Shown: one piece after another, positions 26,914 to 36,674 of the stretch
Position numbering within the stretch: the stretch's first letter is position 1
Layout of the letters: each line of letters begins with the position of its first letter
Origin: a virus
Reading direction: 5' to 3' (one strand)
Length of the DNA: 64,000 nucleotides
Virus record (IMG/VR): IMGVR_UViG_3300018063_000012
Location: 37,318-101,317 of that record
Position numbers and translations under genes: made by a program
The notes under the pieces: generated by a model
The model's database searches: none
What the model saw: only the letters and a program-made list of their open reading frames with translations
Told to the model about the DNA's origin: nothing

Positions 26914-27495
26914 GTGAGTCAGCATAAAGCGGTACGAGGTTTCTTAGCAAATATAAAAAGTAAACCACCACTGATTATTCTTTTTCAGTGGAATCCTACT
27001 GATGTTAAAGAATCAAGAACAGTTAAGTATGCGGATGTGGAGTTGGGTGGATATCAGGCGCCGATACAAGTATTCTCCGCTGGCGGTGCAACTACATACA
27101 GCTTTCAATTAACATTAGATGCGACAGAAAATAGTCGAATTTTTAATGTCTTTAGAGTTGATTTACCGCTGGTAGGTATAGGCGCTACTGTTAGCGCTCT
27201 GAAATCATTTACATATCCGGCGAATGATAAACTACTGAAATTCCTGCAATCAAATTCAGTAGGAGAACCGCCAGCATGCTATTTTGGATTAGGGAGTAAG
27301 GTGATGCGAGGTAGGATTCGGAGCTTACATATAAACTATAAACTGTTCAGTCGACTACTGGTGCCACTCCAAGCAACTGTAGACATAGAATTTACAGTTG
27401 ATGAATATGGCGTCTGGTCAAAGATTGACGCAATCTATCGTCGGATTACATCTACGGCCAATCCCGCGTTGGGCGGCTTCGGAGGATTAATTTAA
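26914..27495 (+). CDS. Baseplate-proximal tube initiator (CIS tube protein-like)
   Basis: FQWNPT, PPACYFGLG, P.QATVDI. Confidence 0.7.
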   Translation: MSQHKAVRGFLANIKSKPPLIILFQWNPTDVKESRTVKYADVELGGYQAPIQVFSAGGATTYSFQLTLDATENSRIFNVFRVDLPLVGIGATVSALKSFTYPANDKLLKFLQSNSVGEPPACYFGLGSKVMRGRIRSLHINYKLFSRLLVPLQATVDIEFTVDEYGVWSKIDAIYRRITSTANPALGGFGGLI

Positions 27496-27771
27496 ATGCC
27501 AAGATTTGATAACAGTAAGATTGAGTATGATATTGATATTAAAGTATCGATTCGACCGATACGACTCAATATAAATATTCCAGCCAGCCAGACATTTCAG
27601 ACTGTGATTGAGGCCGGAGATACTATTGATGCGATTGCTTATAGAATATACGGAAGCTCAAGACTGTGGTGGATTATAGCAGATTTGAACGGATTGATAC
27701 ATCCTCTTTATATTGAACCGGGAACTAGAATAAAATTACTTCTGCCAAGATTTGTGGAGCTATATATTTAA
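27496..27771 (+). CDS. LysM / tail protein X-like baseplate protein
   Basis: GDTIDAIAYRIYGSSRLWWIIADLN. Confidence 0.85.
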   Translation: MPRFDNSKIEYDIDIKVSIRPIRLNINIPASQTFQTVIEAGDTIDAIAYRIYGSSRLWWIIADLNGLIHPLYIEPGTRIKLLLPRFVELYI

Positions 27772-29316
27772 ATGCAAGCTATCTGTCACGTGTATGTGAG
27801 TAAGGGCGGGAATGAACTGCCATCCAGTAAGTTAAAGGGGATAGGTAAGTTAGTACCACAGTTACTAAAAAGAAAGCTGTCGAGCCAATTTAGTATCTTA
27901 CAGAGACATAAAGCAACGGATGAGAATGCACTAGATTGGAGTCAGTGGGTAGAATCCGTAGTAGTGCATCAATCTGATTTGAAGATTCCAGCGGCGACAG
28001 TAAATATGCAAGATCCATATTTGTCATATTATGACTACTTTGTGCCCGGACAATTCATTGAGATTCACTTGGGTTGGAATACTGGGTCCGGAGAAGTTGG
28101 ACCCGTATTTAAAGGATTGATTGAAAAAGTTAATTTCAGTCTGAAGAGCGATGGGAAATCAACCGTGAGTCTGGTATGCTTAGGAGATGAAATTGCACTG
28201 ACAACCGGTAAAAGTGCATATAATAGTTTTAGTTCTTCAGCATCTTCCGGCGATGGCGGATTAGTAAATATTGCGGGTGAAGAAGTATCTTTCGATAGTC
28301 CAGATGGGGTTGCGGATGCACCAGAAGTAGCATCATCAACAGTTAATGATATCCAGAAAAATATAAAAGAGATAACTGATAGAGCGGGTTTACAATTGGC
28401 ACCAATTCAGAGTGTGCGTATGAAGGTAGAAAGTAATCGTAACTCACAGGAGATTTCAGATTCAAAGACAGACCTTCGAAGACTATATGAAATGGCAGAA
28501 GAGCATTACGCGGTCTGGTACTTAACAGGAAAGACTTTACACTTTGTAGATCTGGTAGATTTTGTTAGAGGAAGAGTGCCGTCATATACGGTCGTGTTTA
28601 ATAATGGAGAGAATCAAGGCGATTTAGCTACGTCAATTTTTGGAAGTATGAATACTGAATCACTGATATCATATGGGAACGCCGAAGATAGAGCACTATT
28701 TCATCCTGATGGGAGGAGATTGCAGATGTTAGCCGATACAGTCGAAATTTCTGATTATCGCTCTGTCAAGGAATTTATACCTAAGTATGCAACTAACTTA
28801 AATCCAGAAACTGGAATATTGACGGTGTATAGTGATGGAGAACCAGAACCAAAATACTATCGATGGAATGCAGAGAAAGTTCAGCACGGAATAGAGACTG
28901 ATAAAGAGAAGTTTGACAACTTTACAAAGACACTTGGCGTAGATGCACTTAGAGGTAAAAATCGTATAAACGAAATTAAACAGTATATGGACGAGATAGT
29001 GCCTAAGAAAGAGGCGCCAACGGATAGAAATAATAAAGATAAAGTAGAGAGAGCTAAAGCTCCAATCGACTTTATGGGTAATGGACTAAAAGTGACACTG
29101 CCATTCGGCTCATGGAAAGTTAGAGCTATTGATTCAATAGAAGTGGTCGGGATATCAAGATATTCCGGGGTGTACTTTGTGTCCGAGGTAGAGCATAACT
29201 GGAGTCACGAGGGATATAAGCAGTCAATGACACTACAGAGAGTGTTTAATGTTGGCAAGTTCCTGAAAGAATCAGGACTAGATACATTTCAACTGAGACC
29301 ACCATTCGGATTCTAA
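27772..29316 (+). CDS. Baseplate hub (phage late control D / gp27-like)
   Basis: IHLGW...VFKGLI, SGVYFVSEVEHNW..GY. Confidence 0.8.
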   Translation: MQAICHVYVSKGGNELPSSKLKGIGKLVPQLLKRKLSSQFSILQRHKATDENALDWSQWVESVVVHQSDLKIPAATVNMQDPYLSYYDYFVPGQFIEIHLGWNTGSGEVGPVFKGLIEKVNFSLKSDGKSTVSLVCLGDEIALTTGKSAYNSFSSSASSGDGGLVNIAGEEVSFDSPDGVADAPEVASSTVNDIQKNIKEITDRAGLQLAPIQSVRMKVESNRNSQEISDSKTDLRRLYEMAEEHYAVWYLTGKTLHFVDLVDFVRGRVPSYTVVFNNGENQGDLATSIFGSMNTESLISYGNAEDRALFHPDGRRLQMLADTVEISDYRSVKEFIPKYATNLNPETGILTVYSDGEPEPKYYRWNAEKVQHGIETDKEKFDNFTKTLGVDALRGKNRINEIKQYMDEIVPKKEAPTDRNNKDKVERAKAPIDFMGNGLKVTLPFGSWKVRAIDSIEVVGISRYSGVYFVSEVEHNWSHEGYKQSMTLQRVFNVGKFLKESGLDTFQLRPPFGF

Positions 29317-29317
29317 G

Positions 29318-30214
29318 ATGAGTATGTTATACGGAATCTATCGAGCCAGAGTAATAGCTAATAAGCATAAAGCTAAAGACGGGAATATTTATGTGAGATT
29401 GGTTAATCAAGAATTAATTAGCCAACCATTCTGGGCCTCGCCCGCATTCCCTAATGGACAATTCTTTGTCCCATTTGTTGGAGATGTGGTGTTTGTAATG
29501 TTTGAAGAAGGTTTCATTAAATCGCCACTTTATATGTTCCAAGCATTCCTACCGGGTAAAGAACCAAAAGAGATAAGTGAAAACTATCCATCCCGGAGAA
29601 TGATTAAGACTAAAAAAGGACATAAAATTGAATTTGAGGAAACTAATCAGAAAGAATTTGTAAGTATTACATCGGCACCCAAACTTGGAAAGTCACACAA
29701 TATTATATTGGATGTTGAACAAGATGAGATTCGAATTACCCACTCTTCCGGCAAGAGCTCGATTGTAATGGGTAAGGACGGAGTAGTTACACTTATCACA
29801 GGGGTACTAACTGTAGAGACTAAAGATGTGAACTGGCAATCAGAAAAGGTAAGCTGGAAAGCCGGTGATATACTGGAGTTTACAGATAAAAATGGTAATA
29901 AGTTGACTAAAGATAAGAATGGTATCATACTGAAAGATAAGAACGGAAATAGAGTGTTGATGGACTCTAAGGGATTTAAGATTGTAGATAAGTTTGGCGG
30001 ATTCATAGAGATGAAATCCGGCAAGATTACTATCACATCCAAGGGAACAGTTGTATTAGCTAATGGTACTAAAGGTGTTGTAAGAGCAGGTGATTCAGCC
30101 CGGCCGCATACTCATAAGTTTGTGTTGTCATCACCAACGGGTCCGGTTAGTGGGCAGATTCTACCTACGAGTGTAAAATTTGATGTAGTTTCACAAAGAG
30201 TAAAAGCAGGATAA
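29318..30214 (+). CDS. Baseplate central spike (gpV/gp5-like)
   Basis: YGIYRARV, FFVPFVGDVVFVMFEEG OB-fold, DKNGN beta repeats, HTH tip motif. Confidence 0.85.
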   Translation: MSMLYGIYRARVIANKHKAKDGNIYVRLVNQELISQPFWASPAFPNGQFFVPFVGDVVFVMFEEGFIKSPLYMFQAFLPGKEPKEISENYPSRRMIKTKKGHKIEFEETNQKEFVSITSAPKLGKSHNIILDVEQDEIRITHSSGKSSIVMGKDGVVTLITGVLTVETKDVNWQSEKVSWKAGDILEFTDKNGNKLTKDKNGIILKDKNGNRVLMDSKGFKIVDKFGGFIEMKSGKITITSKGTVVLANGTKGVVRAGDSARPHTHKFVLSSPTGPVSGQILPTSVKFDVVSQRVKAG

Positions 30215-30215
30215 G

Positions 30216-30584
30216 ATGACACTAAAAGGATTTAGATTTCCGGTAGCAGTCTCCCCAACACGAGGACAGATGCTAACTACAGAAGAGAGAAGGCAGATTG
30301 AAAGCGATCTGCTTTTACTGCTTGTGACTGAACCCGGATCCAGACCATTTCGTAGAGATTATGGTGTCGGAATTTCCTTGCTCTTACAGGAACCGAATGA
30401 CCAGATGTTACAGACACTGATGAAGAGACTAATTATCGAAGGCATTACTTTGTTTGAACCGAGGGTTGTAATTAATGATGTTCAGTTCAAAACAAATGAT
30501 TCGACACTGACGATTATTCTGGTGTATGAACTACAGGCAAACGAACAGGAGAACACCGCCGAGTTTTCATTTCCAAAGAGGTAA
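30216..30584 (+). CDS. gp25/gpW baseplate wedge protein
   Basis: TEPGSRPFRRDYG, FEPRV. Confidence 0.9.
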   Translation: MTLKGFRFPVAVSPTRGQMLTTEERRQIESDLLLLLVTEPGSRPFRRDYGVGISLLLQEPNDQMLQTLMKRLIIEGITLFEPRVVINDVQFKTNDSTLTIILVYELQANEQENTAEFSFPKR

Positions 30585-30589
30585 CGTAT

Positions 30590-32113
30590 ATGACTAATAA
30601 AATAGACTACACCGCTAAAGACTACGATAGTATACTGCAGGCATTGCTGGCACGTAAGAAAGATAAGTTACCGGCATACACTAACGAATCGTCTTCAGAT
30701 TTTGGTGTTTTCCTACTGGAGATGTTTGCAATGCTTGGCGACATGCAATCATACTATATAGATAGAATCGCAAACGAGTCTTTTATCAATTTGTGTAAAG
30801 AGAGACCATCAGCATTGAAACTGGCAGAGTTAATTGGATATACACCCCAAGCGACTCAACCAGCAACTGTAGATGTAAGATTTACATTGAGTACGAATCC
30901 TTCCGGCACAACTATTCCTGCAGGAGATGAAGTTCAGGTTCCAGCATCTAATGATGAGCCAGAAATAAATTTCTATGTACCTACGGACTTGGTAATTACG
31001 TCAGGAAATCTGACAGGTACCATTACTTGTAATCATGGAACCGCCGAGGCGGATACCTTTGTGGGTGATGGGACTCCAAATCAACAGTATCATTTAAGTC
31101 AGAGCCCTGTATCCTCGGGTAGTATTAAGATTGTAATTAGCGCATCGACCTGGACTCCAGTTCAGTATTTTTCTGATAAGGGGCCGACGGATAAAGTGTA
31201 TAAGATAATTGTCCAAGAGGATGACTCTGTAATTATCCAATTTGGAAATGGTATCAATGGGGATATTCCACCGAATGTAACAGTAATAGATATTACATAT
31301 AAGCGTGGCGGGGGAGTAGGATTTAAAGTCTTAGCTGGCGCTATTTCAGTATATGTAGGTTCAGTTAGCACAGTATCCGCAGTGATTAATTTGTCCGACG
31401 GTACGGACGGAACAGAGAAAGAGGCACTTCCTTCGATTAGAGTATTAGCACCAGCTTCCCTGAAGACTATGGATAGATGCGTAACCGTAGACGATTTTGA
31501 AACGGAAACATTAGAAGTATCGGGTGTCCAACAAGCAAATGCAAGAGAATATGGTGGGTTCGTTCGCATTTCGATTATTCCTTCCGGGGGTGGGTCGCCT
31601 TCCGAATCATTAAAGCGGAATGTATTTTTAGCACTCAAATCCAAAAAGATGCTTGGGACACAATTTGTGGTGGTGGATCCACTGTATATTCCCATTGATA
31701 TAACCGTATCCGTAGCAGTTGAACCTGGATTTATTCAATCCGTGATTCAGGGTAAAGTAGTAGCAGTGATTAATCAATACTTAGATTACTCACAGAGAGA
31801 CTCCGTGGGAGCATATTTTCAATCCTTTGGTAAGGATGTATTTTTATCAACTTTGTATCGCCTGATTGACTCGATCGATGGAGTGAGCAATTCTAGTATT
31901 ACACTGCTAAAGAAAGCATCTGAACAAGGAACAAGCACAGGTAATATTACGATTGAGGATTTGGAAGTGAGACAATCCGGAACTGTTACTGTGTCTGTGT
32001 CACAAGGACAGACACTGGTAGCATTCGAAGACCAGGTTAGAACTGTGTTAGAACCCCAAAAGATTGAACCAGTCAATCTGAAAAATATAAAAGGTAGGAT
32101 TGTAAAGGATTAA
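30590..32113 (+). CDS. Baseplate J-like wedge protein
   Basis: DYTAKDYDSI, DRIANESF, FGNGINGDIP, RCVTVDDFE. Confidence 0.9.
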   Translation: MTNKIDYTAKDYDSILQALLARKKDKLPAYTNESSSDFGVFLLEMFAMLGDMQSYYIDRIANESFINLCKERPSALKLAELIGYTPQATQPATVDVRFTLSTNPSGTTIPAGDEVQVPASNDEPEINFYVPTDLVITSGNLTGTITCNHGTAEADTFVGDGTPNQQYHLSQSPVSSGSIKIVISASTWTPVQYFSDKGPTDKVYKIIVQEDDSVIIQFGNGINGDIPPNVTVIDITYKRGGGVGFKVLAGAISVYVGSVSTVSAVINLSDGTDGTEKEALPSIRVLAPASLKTMDRCVTVDDFETETLEVSGVQQANAREYGGFVRISIIPSGGGSPSESLKRNVFLALKSKKMLGTQFVVVDPLYIPIDITVSVAVEPGFIQSVIQGKVVAVINQYLDYSQRDSVGAYFQSFGKDVFLSTLYRLIDSIDGVSNSSITLLKKASEQGTSTGNITIEDLEVRQSGTVTVSVSQGQTLVAFEDQVRTVLEPQKIEPVNLKNIKGRIVKD

Positions 32114-32114
32114 G

Positions 32115-33851
32115 ATGGCTTTAGACCTAAAGAAGATTATTCCATACGGAGTACTGGCTACAGATAAAAACGGAGACCTGGCTAAGCTGATAGATGTTTT
32201 CGGGGCATACTATGACGACCTGAAAAAAGATGCTGATGGGGTACTTAATAATTTAGGTATTGATGATTGTCCGCCATACTTGCTAAAACATATAGCTAAC
32301 TATCTAAGGGCTGAACTATTTAGTTTAAATATGTTTAAGAATCCAACATTTGAACTGGATGCAAATAATGATGGCTTTGCAGATAATTGGAGTCTATACG
32401 GAACACCAGCACCAACTGCAGAATTCAAACAGAACTCGCGTGGCCATACATACCAACGAGTATTTACAACTGCCGCATCCTGCGGAATACGACAGACCAT
32501 TGCAGGTTTAGATATATCTAAACGAGTAATACTGACCGTGAGATGTAGGGTTAACACACCCAATGCAGTACTATTCTTTGGAACAGTAGACGGGACCGGT
32601 CTGGGTATCGGGATAAACTATAGTGAGAATTTATCAGAGTGGAAGACATATAGCTGTTCATTTGTGCCAACATTGGCATCACATGAGATTGGGATAGGAA
32701 ACTTCTCCGGCGGTAATGTTAACTTCGATGTGGACTTTTTCTTTGTTGACTATCTTGATGAGATAGATAAAATGAAACAGTGGATTAGAAATTGTGTATC
32801 CGTGTATAAAAAGAAAGGAACTAAACAAGCACTGATAGATGTGGTTCAGTATTTGACAGACTGGACACCAACTATTACAGAGAACTTTGTATCGAAGTTT
32901 TTTCAAGTATACAACTGGGAAGGAAGTAACTACCTTAATCAAGTACCAGTATTTAATGTGGAGATTACTGATATAGATTCCGGAGATAGACGCACACTGA
33001 CTGTTGATGTATTATGGGGAGATGACCCAACCGGTCAATCGAATGTCGGCCTCTGCATTATTCCTAATCCAAGTTTTGAAGAAGTGACTTCACCACCAAC
33101 ACCAGATTACTGGATAGCAGTGGGTTCACCGACATTGGCTATTGTGAAAGGATTTAAAGGTAAAAATGCAATTAAAATTACGCCAAATGATACAGCGAAG
33201 GGACTGAAATCTACAGCGATTCAATTAGACGGTGGTAGTGATTATACTTTTACAGTCGCAGTGAAGAAAGTATCCGGGAGCGCACCAACTATTAAGTTAA
33301 GGAATACGACAGAAAGTACGGATGATATTATCCTTACGCTAACGGATGTAACAGACGAGTTTCTGGTATATACTGTAACCGATACGATTACAGGATCCGG
33401 AACTAAGAACTGTGAGGCACATCTACTCGGGAATCTAGGAGATGTTTTTGAGGTGGATGAAGTACTGGTAAAACCTGCCAGTCAGTTTAGCTTTGACTAC
33501 TGGTGTTGGCTGGAACCGGACACTCTATCCGGCACTAACTTGAGACAGAAGAATCACGTAGAAAGTATTTACATTAGCTCCAGTCCCGGCGGAAGTCAGG
33601 TCCTTTTAGGAGAAGATGTAGCAGGAAACTGGACTACAGGAAGATTAAAGGGAATGACTTGGGAGATGCAGTCTATTGAATCAGAGATAGACGCAGGAGC
33701 TTATTATTATTTTGAGACTGGGGTAGAGAAAGAAATAGTAGTAACATTAAGCGGAACATCACCATTGATAGATGATGCTCGAAAGGAAATGCTCGAGACT
33801 ATCCTTTTAAATTATCTGCCTGTGGGAGTGATTTTAACGATTCAATACTAA
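32115..33851 (+). CDS. Tail protein I-like baseplate protein with two inserted carbohydrate-binding-module-like domains
   Basis: CPPYLLKHIA ... YKKKGTKQAL; NPTFE...W and NPSFE...W CBM-like starts; C-terminal YLPVGV. Confidence 0.7.
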   Translation: MALDLKKIIPYGVLATDKNGDLAKLIDVFGAYYDDLKKDADGVLNNLGIDDCPPYLLKHIANYLRAELFSLNMFKNPTFELDANNDGFADNWSLYGTPAPTAEFKQNSRGHTYQRVFTTAASCGIRQTIAGLDISKRVILTVRCRVNTPNAVLFFGTVDGTGLGIGINYSENLSEWKTYSCSFVPTLASHEIGIGNFSGGNVNFDVDFFFVDYLDEIDKMKQWIRNCVSVYKKKGTKQALIDVVQYLTDWTPTITENFVSKFFQVYNWEGSNYLNQVPVFNVEITDIDSGDRRTLTVDVLWGDDPTGQSNVGLCIIPNPSFEEVTSPPTPDYWIAVGSPTLAIVKGFKGKNAIKITPNDTAKGLKSTAIQLDGGSDYTFTVAVKKVSGSAPTIKLRNTTESTDDIILTLTDVTDEFLVYTVTDTITGSGTKNCEAHLLGNLGDVFEVDEVLVKPASQFSFDYWCWLEPDTLSGTNLRQKNHVESIYISSSPGGSQVLLGEDVAGNWTTGRLKGMTWEMQSIESEIDAGAYYYFETGVEKEIVVTLSGTSPLIDDARKEMLETILLNYLPVGVILTIQY

Positions 33852-33887
33852 ACTGATATAGATAAGATAGACGGTATACTAAAAGAT

Positions 33888-34499
33888 ATGAAGAATATGC
33901 TGAAAAGCTGTCAAATTGACGGATGCAACCTAAAGTATTGGGCAAAAGGATTATGTAAAGCACACTATTTGAAAGAAGATTATAATAAAAGATATATTCC
34001 GCACCCTGTAATTTGTATTAAAAAACTATGTATAATTGAAAGGTGCCAACTTTTTAATTACGCATACGGATACTGCGCATATCACTATCGAAGGACAGTT
34101 CAATATAGAGAATTAGTAAAAAAGAACTTAGACAAGTGTAGAAGGGAACTGTCGACAGGAACACTGTTTAAGAAAATGAGAGAGAATAGTAAAAGTAGAA
34201 AATGGAATTTAAATTTTACATTCAAAGAATTTGAATGTTGGTATAAATATGTCGATAGAATCTGTGAGTATTGTAGAATTAATAACAACGATATACTGAT
34301 AATGACCGGTAAAATTTTGGGCATAGATAGGAAAGATTCTGCACTGCCATATACACTACGAAATATCTGTATATGCTGTGAACTATGTAATAGAGTAAAA
34401 AGTTCTATACTATCTTATGAAGAAATGCTAATTGTGGGAAAGATAATAATGACTCCTAAATGGAAATTAAAACTAGAGGTGCCAGCATATGGGAATTAG
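33888..34499 (+). CDS. HNH-type homing endonuclease
   Basis: CQIDGC..AKGLCKAHY repeats; CEYC...GIDRKDS..Y...N...CCELCNRVK. Confidence 0.75.
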   Translation: MKNMLKSCQIDGCNLKYWAKGLCKAHYLKEDYNKRYIPHPVICIKKLCIIERCQLFNYAYGYCAYHYRRTVQYRELVKKNLDKCRRELSTGTLFKKMRENSKSRKWNLNFTFKEFECWYKYVDRICEYCRINNNDILIMTGKILGIDRKDSALPYTLRNICICCELCNRVKSSILSYEEMLIVGKIIMTPKWKLKLEVPAYGN

Positions 34500-36360
34500 T
34501 CGAGATACGTTTAACGAAGGAAAGCGGTATATAAAAGTGATAAAAAATCAAGGAACACCCGCAGTTGATTCTGAATTAAATGAATTGCAGGATATTCGGC
34601 GTTATGAACTACTGCGGCTGATAGCATTCTTATTTGCTGACAGAACTTTTCAGAATGCGGCAACCGGATTCTATGGATTTGAGATATTGGAATCCCAATC
34701 AAGCCCCGTCAATAACTTTACTATCAAAGCTGGTGCCGCATTAGTGAATGGAGAACGGATAAACAACCCAGCAGATATTGAATATATAGCGCAAGAAACT
34801 GCCGCAACATTAACACCGCCCGGAGCCGGAACACGCAATGATCTGATATATTTGCACGTGTTCTATGCGGAAGTTGGTATAGCCAACGATTCTAATCTGG
34901 CATTAGTTACGCCTAATGGTTCGATAGAGACGTCCAAGAGACTTGTCCAGAAATGGTTAGTTAAAGTAGCCCAAGGAAGTGCAATACCAACCAATGATTC
35001 AGAAAATAATTATTTTCAATTAGCGGAAGTGGTGCGGACAACTTCTACATCGATACTTCAGTCTATGATTAGTAATACTGCAAATTTGGTAGGTGTACCA
35101 GCAATTCCTAATCAAATAGATATTGTAACTGGATATGATGGAGAAGATATTGTAGATACTACTTTACTCGGGTTTAATGAAAGTCGACCAAGAACAACTT
35201 TTGTCAGAGTCTTCTGGGGAGATACCGGTTCGGGGACAGGTGCCGATAATTCATTTACGATTAATTCAAATCGAGCCGGTAGTTACGAATCTAATGAGAT
35301 GATTGAACAGATTTTAACAGATGCTAATGGCGATAAGTTCGAAGTGTCCGCCAATACACCAAACGTACTAACAGTGGCAGGAACCCCAGCATCCGGAAAC
35401 TTTATGCTCGGTCCGGATGCAGAGTCCTATATTGTGATTTTGATTCCATTGGTGAATGGGGTTGAACAGTTAAGTAGGGCAATTACTAAAGAAGTGTCTA
35501 TCAAGGGATTATCCGGATTAAATAAGTTTTCAACAGAGATGCAAGCCGAATTTAATGGGTTACTTTCCGGTGTGGAGTATAACGTTTATGTGGCATCCCA
35601 AGGAGTTGATGTTAACCAGCGCTCAGCATATTCCGCGCCAGTGTCTATCCAAGCAGGCGGAACAGAACAGATTGAAATGGAATCAATTGTTATTACGGCG
35701 CAGAACTACGGAGTAGATGTAACGTGGCCTAAGGTAGAAGGTGCCGCATTTTATGAGTATTGCTGGAATGAAGATAACGTAATCGCAGATTTTAATAATC
35801 CAAGACATAAGTCTGGCTCCACAGATGCAACGACTGTAGCCATTAAAGCACAGGCGGGTAAGATTATTCAGGTAAGCCTACGAGCGATTGATTCAACAGG
35901 CAAGGTATCATCTAATATTCAGAGTTCGTCCGGAACTGCGGGCGGCATAGCTATTGACCGAAACGTAAAGATGATACCCGTATACTTTAAAGTATTGGCA
36001 TCAGATATTACTAAAGCTAATCGATTGATTGCAGAGATTCCTACAGAGAATGCTGTCGAGATTATTCGGATGACAGCATCATTGAAATCCGTGACAGTGG
36101 GCATTCCAAGTAGTGTCGGTGGCGGAAAACTTCGGGTTTATAGACAAGGGGACGAATCCGGGGCAGTGTCCTTACTTCCAGACTCAACCGGTCTTAAAGA
36201 CCAAGCCGGAGACTTGATTATACCGGCGGCGGCTACGCTGGTCCTCGATGCATGGGATCCAGCGTGGGATATTTCTACACCAGATACTTTCCCAGCTATC
36301 GAAGGTGTACTAACAGTATATTATTTGGAAGGGGAATTCATAAGTAGAGCGAGTGAGTAA
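34489..36360 (+). CDS. Tail fibre/baseplate appendage with DUF6519-like N-terminus and FN3-like domains
   Basis: ISRDTF...KRY..V..QG...DSELNELQDI; LLSGVEYNVYV, VTWPKVEGAAFYE. Confidence 0.65.
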   Translation: MGISRDTFNEGKRYIKVIKNQGTPAVDSELNELQDIRRYELLRLIAFLFADRTFQNAATGFYGFEILESQSSPVNNFTIKAGAALVNGERINNPADIEYIAQETAATLTPPGAGTRNDLIYLHVFYAEVGIANDSNLALVTPNGSIETSKRLVQKWLVKVAQGSAIPTNDSENNYFQLAEVVRTTSTSILQSMISNTANLVGVPAIPNQIDIVTGYDGEDIVDTTLLGFNESRPRTTFVRVFWGDTGSGTGADNSFTINSNRAGSYESNEMIEQILTDANGDKFEVSANTPNVLTVAGTPASGNFMLGPDAESYIVILIPLVNGVEQLSRAITKEVSIKGLSGLNKFSTEMQAEFNGLLSGVEYNVYVASQGVDVNQRSAYSAPVSIQAGGTEQIEMESIVITAQNYGVDVTWPKVEGAAFYEYCWNEDNVIADFNNPRHKSGSTDATTVAIKAQAGKIIQVSLRAIDSTGKVSSNIQSSSGTAGGIAIDRNVKMIPVYFKVLASDITKANRLIAEIPTENAVEIIRMTASLKSVTVGIPSSVGGGKLRVYRQGDESGAVSLLPDSTGLKDQAGDLIIPAAATLVLDAWDPAWDISTPDTFPAIEGVLTVYYLEGEFISRASE

Positions 36361-36401
36361 ATCAGAAGGACTGTCTGATTATTCTAATCAAATTGGTATC
36401 C

Positions 36402-36436
36402 ATAACCGGAAGGCAGAGATAGGGTCTTCCGGTTAT
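36402..36436 (+). terminator. Hairpin ending the structural operon
   Basis: ATAACCGGAAG...CTTCCGGTTAT. Confidence 0.6.
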
Positions 36437-36494
36437 TGTCTTATTGAGACTATTGGCAGATATACGCATACATTAACAGAAAGGATGTGATGTA

Positions 36495-36674
36495 GTGAGT
36501 AGCATAGTTGTTAAAGAGGGCGAGGGTATTGAAAGCGCTCTTAAGAGATTCAATATAAAAGTCGAAACTGACGGCATACTAAAAGACTTAAAAAAGCACG
36601 AGGCGTTCATACCGTGGTGCAAAAGAAGGAAGGTCTCTAAGCGTGAACGTGTCCGACTTAAAGAGTCTGACTGA
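36495..36674 (+). CDS. rpsU: 30S ribosomal protein bS21 homologue
   Basis: Manual translation MSSIVVKEGEGIESALKRFNIKVETDGILKDLKKHEAFIPWCKRRKVSKRERVRLKESD* (59 aa, GTG start, AGAAAGGATG SD). Confidence 0.85.
   Translation: MSSIVVKEGEGIESALKRFNIKVETDGILKDLKKHEAFIPWCKRRKVSKRERVRLKESD

Noticed and set aside
15216-34499. Group I introns or inteins associated with the three endonucleases
   Set aside because: Flanking genes look complete, the endonucleases are free-standing, and no intein motifs were noticed in the polymerase, helicases or RecA
21531-36360. Stand-alone eCIS/tailocin locus
   Set aside because: Scaffold, major capsid, neck genes and a full replication module show this is a phage
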